From assembly GCA_038212275.1 (NCBI GenBank), contig JBBQUR010000007.1, positions 128,001 to 192,000 of the forward strand: 64,000 nucleotides of DNA. The letters are read 5' to 3'. Positions 20,401-29,992 of this stretch are shown here, in pieces. How positions within the stretch are numbered: the first letter of the stretch is position 1; the number at the start of each line of letters is the position of its first letter. Position numbers and translations under genes: made by a program. This DNA is from Planctomycetota bacterium (GTDB lineage: Bacteria > Planctomycetota > B15-G4). The notes below the pieces were generated by a model. That model saw only the letters and a program-made list of their open reading frames with translations. It did no database searches and was not told the DNA's origin.

Positions 20401-21087
20401 GTGCGTCCACCGAACGACTCCGGAGTCGGCGAGCAGGCCCCCCGCGACCTGCTCGCCGACTTCGATCGCGCCTACCGCGTCTTTCAGGACATGGTCGCGA
20501 GCCTGCGTGCGCTGCACGACCTCGGACCCGCCGTCACGATCTACGGCTCGGCGCGGCTGCACGAAGGTCACCCGCACTACGAACTGGCGCGCCGCACCGG
20601 GGCGGAGCTGGCGAAGGCGGGCTTCACCGTCATCACCGGCGGCGGCCCGGGAATCATGGAGGCGGGCAACCGCGGGGCGCACGAGGCCGGAGGCCACAGC
20701 CTCGGCTTCAACATCGTGCTGCCGCACGAGCAAGGCCTGAACCCGTACGTCGATCGCACGCTGACCTTCGACAACTTCTTCGTCCGCAAGCTCATGCTGC
20801 GCCGGTACTCGCAGGGCTTCGTGCTCATGCCGGGTGGCCTCGGGACGCTGGACGAGATCTTCGAGACAGCCACGCTCATCCAGTGCGGCAAGATCGCGCG
20901 CTTCCCCATCGTGCTCATGGGCGTGGACTACTGGCAGCCCATCGCCGACAGCCTGCGGCAGGTGATGCTCTCGGCCGGAACCGTGGGCGAGGGCGAGATC
21001 GAGATGTTCCGGACGGACTCGCCGGCCGAGGCGGTGCGCTACATCCGCGACAACGCGCCGGGCGCTGTCGCGCACGACCTGCACTGA
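20401..21087 (+). CDS. LOG-family (TIGR00730) Rossmann-fold nucleotide phosphoribohydrolase
   Basis: VTIYGSAR, TGGGPGIMEAGNRGA, FFVRK, PGGLGTLDE. Confidence 0.92.
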   Translation: MRPPNDSGVGEQAPRDLLADFDRAYRVFQDMVASLRALHDLGPAVTIYGSARLHEGHPHYELARRTGAELAKAGFTVITGGGPGIMEAGNRGAHEAGGHSLGFNIVLPHEQGLNPYVDRTLTFDNFFVRKLMLRRYSQGFVLMPGGLGTLDEIFETATLIQCGKIARFPIVLMGVDYWQPIADSLRQVMLSAGTVGEGEIEMFRTDSPAEAVRYIRDNAPGAVAHDLH

Positions 21088-21099
21088 CCCGCCGGCCAG

Positions 21100-21574
21100 C
21101 GCGGTGAACCTGCTCGGCCTGCGCGCCCCGAAGCACTGCTCGCGCGGCGCTGGCTGCTCGTGGAAGGCGAGACGGAGACGTGGCTGCTGCCGGAGTTCGC
21201 GCGCCACGTGGGGTACCGCCTGCCCATCGAGGGCGTCGAGCTGGTGGAGTACTCGCAGTGCGGCCTGCAGCCGGGAGGCGCGCACGCACATCACGGCCCT
21301 CGAGGAGCGCGACTTCGAGACCTGCCTGTGGCGCCACGGCTACGCGCGCCTGCTCGTACGCATGGCCGGCACGCCCGTGCAGCTGTCGGGCGAGACGGAG
21401 TCGGCCTGGGCGCGGCGGACGCTGCATCGCGCCGTCGAGCGGCACTCCAAGCCCCAGGTCGCCCTGCGGATCATCGAGGCGCTCGATGCCGCGCGGTCCC
21501 CGGGCGTGCCGCCGGCCATCGCGCACGTGATCGCAGCGACAGTCGCACTCGCGCGGGGCAGCGCCCGTCGTTGA
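21100..21574 (+). pseudogene. C-terminal TOPRIM fragment of an OLD-family (YbjD-like) nuclease, frameshifted
   Basis: WLLVEGETETWLL...GVELVEYSQCGL in one frame, continuing in another frame with SKPQVAL; ATPase half absent. Confidence 0.65.
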
Positions 21575-21630
21575 CGCCGGCGGCCGCGGGGGGGCATCGT
21601 CACGTCTCGACGCGCACTCGGATTCGCACG

Positions 21631-23358
21631 ATGCGAGAGAAGACAGGCTGGATCCGCTGGCTGCCGGGGCTCCTGACGCTGCGCCGCTACGAGGCGGCGT
21701 GGCTGCCGCGCGATCTCGCCGCCGGCCTCGTGTTGACCACGATGCTGGTGCCGGTCGGCATCGCGTATGCCGTGGCCTCGGGCGTGCCGGGCATCTACGG
21801 CCTGTACGCGACCATCGTGCCGCTACTCGCCTATGCGCTGTTCGGGCCCAGCCGCATTCTCGTGCTGGGGCCGGACTCGGCGCTCGCCGCCGTCATCCTC
21901 GGCACGGTGCTGCCGCTCTCGGGCGGCGATCCCGAGCGCGCCATCGCGCTCGCCGGCGCGATGGCCCTCGTCTCGGGCTCCGTGTGCGTCGTCGCGGGAG
22001 TCGCGAAGCTGGGCTTCATCACCGAGCTGCTGTCCAAGCCGATTCGCTATGGCTACATGAATGGCATCGCTCTCACGGTGCTCATCAGTCAGGTGCCGAA
22101 GCTCTTCGGCTTCAAGATCGAGAGCGAAGGGCCGCTGCGGAACATGTGGGCCATCGGCCTGGCGATTGTGGGCAACCAGACGAACTGGACGGCGTTCGCG
22201 ATCGGCGCCGGCACGCTGGCGCTGATTCTCCTGCTGAAGCGCTTCCAGCGCGTGCCCGGCATCCTGATCGCAGTGGTCGTGGCCACCGTCCTCGTCGGCG
22301 CGCTGGATCTGGCCACGACGGCCGGGATTTCAGTCCTGGGTTCGCTGCCGCAGGGCCTGCCAGGCTTCGCGCTGCCCTGGATCCGGCAGGACGACATCGT
22401 GCCGGTGCTGATCGGCGGCGTCGCCGTCGCGCTGGTCTCGTTCGCCGACACCAGCGTGCTGTCCCGCTCCTATGCGGCGCGCCTGCGCACGGCGGTGGAT
22501 CCGAACCAGGAGCTGGTGGGCCTGGGCGCGGCCAACCTGGCGGCAGGCTTTTTCCAGGGCTTTCCGATCAGCAGCAGTTCGTCGCGCACGCCTGTCGCGG
22601 AGGCCTCGGGCGCGCGTACGCAACTGACCGGAGTCGTCGGCGCCGTTGCCGTGGCGCTGCTGCTGGTGTTCGCGCCGAATCTGCTGAAGCACCTGCCGTC
22701 GGCGGCGCTGGCGGCCGTCGTCATAGCCTCGGCCATCGGCCTGTTCGAGATCGGCGATCTCATTCGCATTCACCGCATCCAGCCGTGGGAGGCCTGGCTC
22801 TCGATCGTCTGCCTGGTGGGCGTCGCCGTCTTCGGCGCCATTCCCGGCATCGGCATCGCGGTGGTCATCGCGGTGATCGAGTTCCTGTGGGATGGTTGGC
22901 GGCCGCACTCCGCCGTGCTGGCACGCGCCGAGGGCGTCAAGGGCTACCACGACATCACGCGCTACCCCGAGGCCCGGCGCATTCCCGGCCTCGTGCTCTT
23001 CCGCTGGGATGCGCCGCTCTTCTTCGCCAACGCGGAGCTGTTCCGCGAGCGCGTGCTCGAGGCCGTCGCCACGTCGCCGACGACGGTCAACTGGCTGGTG
23101 GTCTCGGCGGAGCCGGTCACCAGCGTGGACATCACGGCGCGCGACATGCTGGAGGAGCTGGACAACACGCTGCAGGAAGCCGGCGTCGAGTTGTGTTTCG
23201 CCGAGCTCAAGGATCCCGTGAAGGACAAGCTCAAGCGCTTCGGACTCTTCAAGCAACTCGGTGAGGACATGTTCTTTCCCACGCTCGGCTCGGCGGTCAG
23301 CCGCTATCTCGAGAGCCACGAGGTGGAGTGGAAGGATTGGGAAGATCGGCATCCATGA
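21631..23358 (+). CDS. SulP-family anion permease with STAS domain
   Basis: DLAAGL...PVGIAYA...GLYATIVP, NQELVGLGAAN, SSSSRT, APLFFANA. Confidence 0.95.
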   Translation: MREKTGWIRWLPGLLTLRRYEAAWLPRDLAAGLVLTTMLVPVGIAYAVASGVPGIYGLYATIVPLLAYALFGPSRILVLGPDSALAAVILGTVLPLSGGDPERAIALAGAMALVSGSVCVVAGVAKLGFITELLSKPIRYGYMNGIALTVLISQVPKLFGFKIESEGPLRNMWAIGLAIVGNQTNWTAFAIGAGTLALILLLKRFQRVPGILIAVVVATVLVGALDLATTAGISVLGSLPQGLPGFALPWIRQDDIVPVLIGGVAVALVSFADTSVLSRSYAARLRTAVDPNQELVGLGAANLAAGFFQGFPISSSSSRTPVAEASGARTQLTGVVGAVAVALLLVFAPNLLKHLPSAALAAVVIASAIGLFEIGDLIRIHRIQPWEAWLSIVCLVGVAVFGAIPGIGIAVVIAVIEFLWDGWRPHSAVLARAEGVKGYHDITRYPEARRIPGLVLFRWDAPLFFANAELFRERVLEAVATSPTTVNWLVVSAEPVTSVDITARDMLEELDNTLQEAGVELCFAELKDPVKDKLKRFGLFKQLGEDMFFPTLGSAVSRYLESHEVEWKDWEDRHP

Positions 23359-24434
23359 AAGTACTGAACTGGCTGCTGCTCTTCGTGCCCGTCGCCATCG
23401 CGCTCGAGTTCCTCGCGCCCGAACACCACCTGCTCGTCTTCGCGGCCTCGGCCATTGCGATCCTTCCGCTCGCAGGCTGGATGGGCCGCGCCACGGAGCA
23501 GTTGGCGGAGCGCATGGGCGAAGGCGTCGGCGGTCTGCTCAACGCCACCTTCGGCAACGCGGCCGAGCTCATCATCGCGCTCGCCGCGCTGCGCGCCGGC
23601 CTGCACGACGTGGTGAAGGCGTCGATCATCGGCTCCATCGTCGGCAACATCCTGCTGGTGCTCGGCGCCGCGATGCTCGCCGGCGGCCTGCGCCATCGCG
23701 AGCAGCACTACAACCCTGCCGGCGCCCGCTCCCAGGCCACGATGCTGACGCTGGCCGCGATCGCGCTGGTGCTTCCCGCCGCGTTCCAGGCCGCGGCCAG
23801 CTCGACGCCGGAATCGCTCGGCAAGCTCAGCGTCTCGATGTCCGTGGTGCTGCTCGTCGGCTACCTGCTGTATCTCGTCTTCACGCTGGTGACCCACGCA
23901 TCACTGTTCAAGGGCTCGCATGCACCCGACGAGAGCAAGGAACACGCCCCGCCCTGGCCCGTGAGCCGGTCCGCGCTGGTGCTGGCCGCATCCACCGTGG
24001 CGGTTGCCTGGATGAGCGAGATCCTGGTGGGCGCGATCGAGCCGACGGCGCACGAACTCGGACTCAGCAACGTCTTCGTCGGCGTCTTCGTCGTCGCGAT
24101 CCTGGGCAACGCGGCCGAGCATGCGACGGCGATCACCGTCGCCCTGAAGAACCGCATGGACCTCTCGCTGTCCATCGCCATTGGTTCCAGCGTGCAAGTG
24201 GCGCTGTTCGTGGCGCCACTCCTCGTGCTGGTCAGCCTGTTCCTCGGCCCCACGCCGATGGACCTGGCCTTCGCCCCGGGCCTCGTGCTGATGGTGCTGC
24301 TCTCGGTGCTCATCACCGGCCAGGTCGCCGGCGACGGCCGCTCCGACTGGCTCAAGGGCCTGCAACTGCTGGCCGTGTATCTGATCCTCGCGCTGACGTA
24401 CTTCTTCCTGCCGGGAGTGAGCGCGCCGGCCTAG
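23355..24434 (+). CDS. Ca2+/H+ antiporter (CAX/ChaA family)
   Basis: Two alpha repeats, GNAAELI and GNAAEHA; IGSSVQVALFVAP; ATGA overlap with SulP. Confidence 0.95.
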   Translation: MKVLNWLLLFVPVAIALEFLAPEHHLLVFAASAIAILPLAGWMGRATEQLAERMGEGVGGLLNATFGNAAELIIALAALRAGLHDVVKASIIGSIVGNILLVLGAAMLAGGLRHREQHYNPAGARSQATMLTLAAIALVLPAAFQAAASSTPESLGKLSVSMSVVLLVGYLLYLVFTLVTHASLFKGSHAPDESKEHAPPWPVSRSALVLAASTVAVAWMSEILVGAIEPTAHELGLSNVFVGVFVVAILGNAAEHATAITVALKNRMDLSLSIAIGSSVQVALFVAPLLVLVSLFLGPTPMDLAFAPGLVLMVLLSVLITGQVAGDGRSDWLKGLQLLAVYLILALTYFFLPGVSAPA

Positions 24435-24470
24435 CGCGAGCGCTGCTCGCGCGGCGCACAACACGTGAGC

Positions 24471-24560
24471 CGCGCGCCGCGCATGGCACGCGCGCCGCAC
24501 ACGGCGCGCGCGCCGCACATGGCACGCGCGCCGCACATGGCACGCGCGCCGCACACGGCG
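24471..24560. repeat. Five tandem 18-bp units CGCGCGCCGCRCAYGGCR between convergent genes
   Basis: Units counted at 24471, 24489, 24507, 24525 and 24543. Confidence 0.95.
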
Positions 24561-24569
24561 CGCGACGAC

Positions 24570-25020
24570 TCAGCCGCCCAGCGGAATCGCCAGCAGCACC
24601 ATCGCCAGCCCGAGGACGGCGACCACGAGTCCCACGACCATGGGCCGCGAGTCGGTGTAATGCGCCCACCCGTAGCCCGCCAGGAACAGCAGCAGGAGCA
24701 GCACGGTGTTCGACACGCGCAGCGCCAGGTGCTCATCGTCGATCAGCAGGAACGGCACGATCCCCGGCACAGCCGAGAGAGCCACCAGGAAGAACACCAC
24801 GACGGCGGCCATGAAGTCCCGCCCGCGCAACCCGACCTTGCCCGTCGCGGCGTTGGCCGCCAGGCCGCGGATCGCCGTGTGCAGCCGCGCGCGATCGGCC
24901 GACGCGATGTCCAGGGGCTCGTCTTCGAGGCCGAACTCCTCTTCCACCACGGCCATGGCCTCCGCCTCGCTGCCCGCGCCCTTGATGGCGCGGTAAAGGC
25001 GCGCGCGCCTGCGCGACGTG
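24570..25020 (-). pseudogene. 5'-truncated VIT1/CCC1-like membrane protein
   Basis: VFFLVALSAVPGIVPFLLI...ALRVSN...GYGWAHY...AIPLGG-stop; N-terminal part replaced at about 25020. Confidence 0.6.
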
Positions 25021-25581
25021 CTGACGCGGATGGCGCGCCTCCGGCGCGCGGGCGCCCTGACCTTCGTCTACCGGATGAACGACGACAACGAGGTCGAGGG
25101 TGTGGACCTCGTCCTTGATGTGCGCGACGGCGAGGCCAGAGACGTGCTGCAGCTCCTCGGCAAGCCGCTGCCGTCGGGCGACGTCAGCGAGGTGCGCTTC
25201 TCGCTGGAGCTGGGCCGAAAGAACTCGGGACCCGACTCGCTGCGCGTGCAGACGCGCAGCACGCTGGAGCTGATGCAGCTCGCGACGCACGGCATCGACG
25301 TGCCGGCCCCGGACCTCGTGGCCGGCATCGCGGCCGGCATCGCGGCCGGCATCGCGCCCGAGCCGACCACCGCGTCGGCAGCAGCCTTTCTCCGCGTGCA
25401 GTCGTCCACCACGAAGCCCGAGGATCCCTTCGTCGCGGTGCAGTATCGCGGGAGCTGGTTCTGGGTGGCGTCCAACGACCTACCCAGCAAGTCGGGCTTC
25501 GTGGCCATGCAGACGCTGCTGCAGAACTGCCTCCACTCCGACACGCCGTCGCGGCCTCAGCTCACTCTGCCGATCCGCTGA
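25018..25581 (+). pseudogene. 5'-truncated C-terminal part of a conserved hypothetical protein
   Basis: VQTRSTLELMQ...FVAVQYRGSWFWV...DLPSKSGF...LTLPIR; no ribosome-binding site; abuts the previous fragment back to back; contains a 12-bp x3 repeat at 25321-25356. Confidence 0.55.
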
Positions 25582-26013
25582 AGCGCGTGCTGCTCCCGCC
25601 CGGCGAGCCGGGCCAGCAACAGCACGACGCCGACCATGAGCGTCAGCGTGGTGAGCGTGCGCGCCAGGAGCTCGGGCGCTCCGCCCGATGCGAGGCTGCC
25701 GAGCTCGGCCGCCACGAGGATCGCCAGCGTGGAGGACGTGCTCACGCTGAGCGGCCGCGACGTGCCGATCAACGCGTAGATCAGCATCGGCACGAAGCAG
25801 GTGGCCAGCCCCACCTGCGGCGGAAGCCCCGGCGATGGACGCATGGGCCATGGCCTTCGGGAGAAACACCGCAGCCGTGATCAATCCGGCGAGCAGATCG
25901 AAGTGCAGCCATTTCTTGCGGTGCCGCACCAGCCACGGAGGCAGCCCGAAGCTCCCGCCGTCGCGCTCCGGGTCGGTCGATCGTGAAGCCGGGGATGACG
26001 GGACATCAGTCAT
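25582..26013 (-). pseudogene. Frameshifted, truncated SulP N-terminus
   Basis: DLLAGLITAAVFLPKAMAHASIAG, then a frame change to LPPQVGL...YALIGTSRPLSV. Confidence 0.85.
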
Positions 26014-26020
26014 GGAATGC

Positions 26021-26100
26021 TCAGCCCCCGAACGCGATCGTCAGGGCCACGAGCGCGAAGCCCAGGAGGACCATCGCCAGACCGTACAGCCAGCGCGACT
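26021..26100 (-). pseudogene. C-terminal tail of a second VIT1/CCC1-like gene
   Basis: GLAMVLLGFALVALTIAFGG-stop resembles the tail of the 24570 fragment. Confidence 0.45.
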
Positions 26101-26290
26101 GACCGCCTGGAAGCTGGTCCGGCTCATTCACCGGCTCTCGCTCGAGAATCCGCTCTGGGGTCCAGAGCACATCCGCAACGAGCTGCTCATCCTCGGCCAC
26201 GACGGGCCACGACGGGCCACGACGGGCCACGACGTCGGCGTGTCCACGGTCGCGCGGTACATGGCGCGCCGGCGACCCGAGAGACTGGCC
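26100..26290 (+). mobile_element. Integrase-core (rve/DDE) transposase remnant, HTH portion
   Basis: LIHRLSLENPLWGPEHIRNELLILGHD...VGVSTVARYM, the ENPxWG motif. Confidence 0.75.
26195..26234. repeat. GGCCACGACG x4 perfect tandem repeat
   Basis: Read directly; three extra copies add 30 bp in frame within the transposase remnant. Confidence 0.95.
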
Positions 26291-26367
26291 GGAAACGCCG
26301 GCTCGGAGATCCGGCTTCAGTGGGCGTACGACGTTTTCGCGCTCCTCCAACCACGGAACCTCGCGCC

Positions 26368-27879
26368 ATGAGACCCATGCTCTTGCTCGTGCTCGGCCTC
26401 TCTTCATTCCTCGGACTGGGCCTCGGTCCGGGCCTCGGTCCGGACACGACTGCCTCTGCGCAGGGCGGTGGCTTCCACGCCGGGGAACTCTTCTTCTACG
26501 GCGTCGGCGTGCAGTCGCCCGGCTACTCCGGCACCGGCATCCTGCGCGTGGACCCGGTCACGGGCGCGGGCTCGATCCTCACGCCCACGTGGGGCGCCTT
26601 CGATTACACGGGCACCATGGCCTTCGATCCGTACCGGCAGCGCCTGCTGTTCTGCTCGGCCATCACCGGCACCGATCCGTCCCCGTTGCTCTACCTGTGG
26701 GCCGCGGACGGCGCCGGGAATCTGCAGAACCTGAGCGTCGGCGTGCTGCCCAACAACACCGCCATCAACGGACTCGCGCCCACGCGCGACGGACGCATCT
26801 ACTTCACCGAGGGCGACTTCGGCGCGGCCCTGCAGATCCAGTGGCTCGACGCCGCCAACCAGCACCACATCCTGTACGACGCCGACGGCGTCACGCCGAT
26901 GCTCATCGACGGCACCGCGTACTACGACATCAGCGGCATGATCCACGACGCGGGCACCAACGCGCTGTTCGTGGCCTCCCCCACGCCGGCGCCCGGCTTC
27001 CCGCTCGGCGCCGTCAACGTGCGCAAGCTGCCGCTTTCGGCAGACGGGTCGCGCGTCATCGGCCCGGTGGGCAACGCGACCTTCGAGGTCAGCCCGAATC
27101 CGTGGGGCGCGACGAGCGGCGAGACGCCCCGCGGCTGGAGTTACGGCCCGAACGGCGAGCTGATCCTGATCATTCTCAACATCGATGACCACGAGCTGCC
27201 CCGCATGCTGCGCGTGGACCCGGTGACCTCCGCCATCTCCGTGTGGGGCGTCAACGGCGACGACAGCCCGAGTACCGGCAACGCGTGGGCCACGACGACG
27301 GCCGGCGCCTACACCTCCGCGCTCGACAAGGTCGTGGTCGTGGACCAGTCGAACACCAAGGTTCGCGCCTATGCGCAGGGCTCGACGGGCGGCCCCGGCA
27401 CGGTGATCACCTCGAGCCCCGCGTCGTGGGGCGCGGGCGGCTACTACCTGAACATCACCGCGGTGCCGCCCGACGCGTGCTCCGGCGGGTGGATCGCCTA
27501 CGGCCTGGGGCTGAAAGGCAAGGGCAACCTGGTGCCGAAGCTCACGGGCGCGGGCTGCCCGGAGCCTGGCGCGCCGGTGACGCTGCAACTGTCCAACGCG
27601 GTCGGCGGCGCGAGCTCGGTGCTGTTCGTCGGGCTGTCGAAGGCCGCGCTGCCCTTCAAGGGCGGCACCTTCCACGTGAACACATTGCAGCTCAGCTTGA
27701 ACCTTTCGCTCGGCGGCGCGTCGGGCGTGGCCGGCGCCGGCGCGCTCTCGCTGCCGACGGCGCTCCCGGCGCTGCCCGCGCTTTCGGGCATCAGCCTCTA
27801 CCTGCAGGCGGGCTGCGCGGATGCGGCGGCCGTGCAGGGCGTTGCGCTCACGCAGGGCCTGCAGCTCGAGATCGGCTGA
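26368..27879 (+). CDS. Secreted probable beta-propeller protein with shared C-terminal domain; paralog of 8328-9782
   Basis: Signal peptide ending ASAQ; colinear similarity to the 8328 protein; PFKGG C-terminal domain ending TQGLQLEIG. Confidence 0.85.
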   Translation: MRPMLLLVLGLSSFLGLGLGPGLGPDTTASAQGGGFHAGELFFYGVGVQSPGYSGTGILRVDPVTGAGSILTPTWGAFDYTGTMAFDPYRQRLLFCSAITGTDPSPLLYLWAADGAGNLQNLSVGVLPNNTAINGLAPTRDGRIYFTEGDFGAALQIQWLDAANQHHILYDADGVTPMLIDGTAYYDISGMIHDAGTNALFVASPTPAPGFPLGAVNVRKLPLSADGSRVIGPVGNATFEVSPNPWGATSGETPRGWSYGPNGELILIILNIDDHELPRMLRVDPVTSAISVWGVNGDDSPSTGNAWATTTAGAYTSALDKVVVVDQSNTKVRAYAQGSTGGPGTVITSSPASWGAGGYYLNITAVPPDACSGGWIAYGLGLKGKGNLVPKLTGAGCPEPGAPVTLQLSNAVGGASSVLFVGLSKAALPFKGGTFHVNTLQLSLNLSLGGASGVAGAGALSLPTALPALPALSGISLYLQAGCADAAAVQGVALTQGLQLEIG

Positions 27880-27929
27880 CGGAAGGCGCCCGGAGACTTC
27901 CGCTCTCCCGGGGCCCGCCGAGTCGGAGT

Positions 27930-28202
27930 CACTTCATGCGCGGCGGTGTCGTTGCGTCTGCTCGATGGCTCCGAGCAGTCCCGCCAGGCCGTCTCCCCGC
28001 TCCTGGTCGAAGAGGTCTCCTGCTTCACCGCGGGCCGCGAGATCTGCTCGCAGGGTCGCAGCGCGCGGCCGAACAGCTCGGCCATCTGCTGCTGGTTCAG
28101 CCAGATCGTCTCCCGCGCCAGGCGGACATCCACGCGCACCGCTCCGTCCGGGGCCTCGTAGACGATCACCTCGCCACAATCCTCCGACTCGATTCCGCTC
28201 AT
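27930..28202 (-). pseudogene. Internally deleted RhuM/Fic-DOC family gene
   Basis: EVIVYEAPDG...VRLARETIWLNQQQMAELFGR (RhuM N-terminus), then in another frame GDLFDQERGDGLAGLLGAIEQT. Confidence 0.7.
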
Positions 28203-28315
28203 CACGTGGGACTCTCGCAGGACGCGCCAGCGGTTGCAGGGGCTGGGCGCAGGCGGATCATGGCCAAGGCTGGGCTGAGCGTGGGCAATACGAGCGCCAC
28301 AGTCTGCCGCCCGGC

Positions 28316-28413
28316 GCGCAGACCTCGGTCCGCTCACGTCCCCGGCGACGCTCGGTCAGGCCCCCGCTCACCTCGCTTCTCACCACTCAGATCCCGGCGG
28401 CGGCCGCGCCGGG
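28316..28413 (-). repeat. 98-bp direct repeat, copy 1 (3' end of an IS91-like transposase plus downstream DNA)
   Basis: 91/98 identical to 34822-34919; encodes PARPPPGSEW-stop. Confidence 0.92.
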
Positions 28414-28595
28414 GGACGACGATCGGGCGCTCGCACTCGACGCCTGTCTCGCGGGCGAGCCTGCGGCCCTCCAGCGCTGGCGCGAGAGTTTCGGCTGGGT
28501 GTGGTGATGCTCGCTTCGAGCGGGCGGCTCGCCAACTCCCGACGGCGCGGCGGGATCAGGCATCCGTGGTCCCACCGGCTGCCGTATGGTGAAGA

Positions 28596-29285
28596 GTGAT
28601 GTCAGCCGCCCGCCGCTCGCCGCTCCCGCAGGACACACTGGCCTCCGCTCCGCCGGGCGTGGTCGCAATACCCGCCGCAGGGGCGCGCTCCGACCTGGCG
28701 GGGGCTGCCGGTGACTCGGCCCAGCCTCGACTCGCAGCGCTCATCGCCCGTATCGGCCGCGCGGACGAGACCGCCCTGCGCGAGCTGTACGAGCTGACGA
28801 GCAGCCGGCTGCACGGCCTCGTGCTGCAGATCGTCCGCGCACCGGCCGCCGCCGAGGACGTCCTGCTCGAGGTGTACCTGCAGGTGTGGCGCCAGGCGCT
28901 GCGCTACGACGCGGCGCAGGCGCCCGTGCTGGCCTGGCTCACGCTGCTCGCGCGCACGCGGGCCATCGATGCGTGGCGCGCGCGCAGCCGGCTGACGCGC
29001 CGAGAGTCGGCGCTCGACGCGCGGCACGACGAACTGCTCGACCCGCAGCCTGATCCGCTCGACCGGAGCATCGGCAGCGAGCACGCGGCCACCGTCCGCG
29101 CCGCGGTCTCCGCGCTGCCCACCGAGCAGCGCCGTGCCATCGAGGCCGCGTTCTTCCGCGGCCTCACCCATACCGAGGTCGCCGAGCTGCTCGACCAGCC
29201 GCTCGGCACCGTGAAGACCCGCATCCGCACGGCGCTGGCGACTCTGCGAGAGTCGCTCGACCGCTGCAGGGAAGGATTCGCATGA
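28596..29285 (+). CDS. ECF sigma factor (SigK-like)
   Basis: AEDVLLEVYLQVWRQA, WLTLLARTRAID, LPTEQR...GLTHTEVA...PLGTVKTRIR. Confidence 0.95.
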   Translation: MMSAARRSPLPQDTLASAPPGVVAIPAAGARSDLAGAAGDSAQPRLAALIARIGRADETALRELYELTSSRLHGLVLQIVRAPAAAEDVLLEVYLQVWRQALRYDAAQAPVLAWLTLLARTRAIDAWRARSRLTRRESALDARHDELLDPQPDPLDRSIGSEHAATVRAAVSALPTEQRRAIEAAFFRGLTHTEVAELLDQPLGTVKTRIRTALATLRESLDRCREGFA

Positions 29286-29971
29286 CGCGCCACGCCGAGC
29301 TCGATGATGCCGCCCGCGACCAGGCCGCGCTGGCCGCCATGGACGCCCTGTCCGCCGCCGAGGCCCGGGCCTTCCAGGAGCACGTCGGCGAGTGCGAGCC
29401 GTGCCGCGGGGAGTACCGCGCGATCCGCTCGGTGATGAGCGACCTGGCGCTGATCGCTCCCGAGGTTGCGCCGCCGGAGGGGCTCTGGCCGCGCCTTGTC
29501 GCGAAGCTGCGTGGCCCGACCCCGCCGCAAGATCAGCCGCCGCACAACGGCACGGTGGTGCCCGCGGAGGCGGCAGCTGCGGAGCAGCGCCTGACGCAGA
29601 CCTGGAAGGGCTGGGCTCCCGATGCGTCTCCGGCTGGCCAGCTCTTCGCGTACGTCGCGGCGGATGCCGGCGCGTGGGAGCCCACGGCCGTGGATGGTAT
29701 CGAGGCACGCAGGCTCTTTGTCGATACGGCTGGCGACCGCGTCACCATGCTCGTGCGCATGGCCGCCGGCGCCGGCTACCCGAGCCACGTGCACGCCAGC
29801 GCGGAGGAGTGCTTCGTGCTCTCGGGCGACTTGCGCACCGGCACCGCGCACCTGCGCGAGGGCGACTACCAGCGCGCCGAGGCCGGCAGCATCCATCCGG
29901 TGCAGGTCACGGACGGCGGCTGCGTGCTGCTGCTGGTGTCCTCGCTGCACGACCGGTTGCTGCCCGTCTGA
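29282..29971 (+). CDS. Anti-sigma factor: zinc-binding (HxxxCxxC) domain plus ChrR-like cupin
   Basis: HVGECEPC; cupin PSHVH...EECFVLSGDL...GDY...SIH; ATGA overlap with the sigma gene. Confidence 0.9.
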   Translation: MTRHAELDDAARDQAALAAMDALSAAEARAFQEHVGECEPCRGEYRAIRSVMSDLALIAPEVAPPEGLWPRLVAKLRGPTPPQDQPPHNGTVVPAEAAAAEQRLTQTWKGWAPDASPAGQLFAYVAADAGAWEPTAVDGIEARRLFVDTAGDRVTMLVRMAAGAGYPSHVHASAEECFVLSGDLRTGTAHLREGDYQRAEAGSIHPVQVTDGGCVLLLVSSLHDRLLPV

Positions 29972-29992
29972 GGCGCGCGTCGCGCGCCGTAC

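Noticed and set aside
21160..21630. TOPRIM-SulP fusion protein
   Set aside because: Chance in-frame read-through from the frameshifted OLD fragment; SulP similarity begins near 21631.
24471..24560. CRISPR array (also considered for 9891, 26195, 46819 and 52833)
   Set aside because: Units are contiguous 10-18 bp tandem repeats with no unique spacers, and no cas genes are present.
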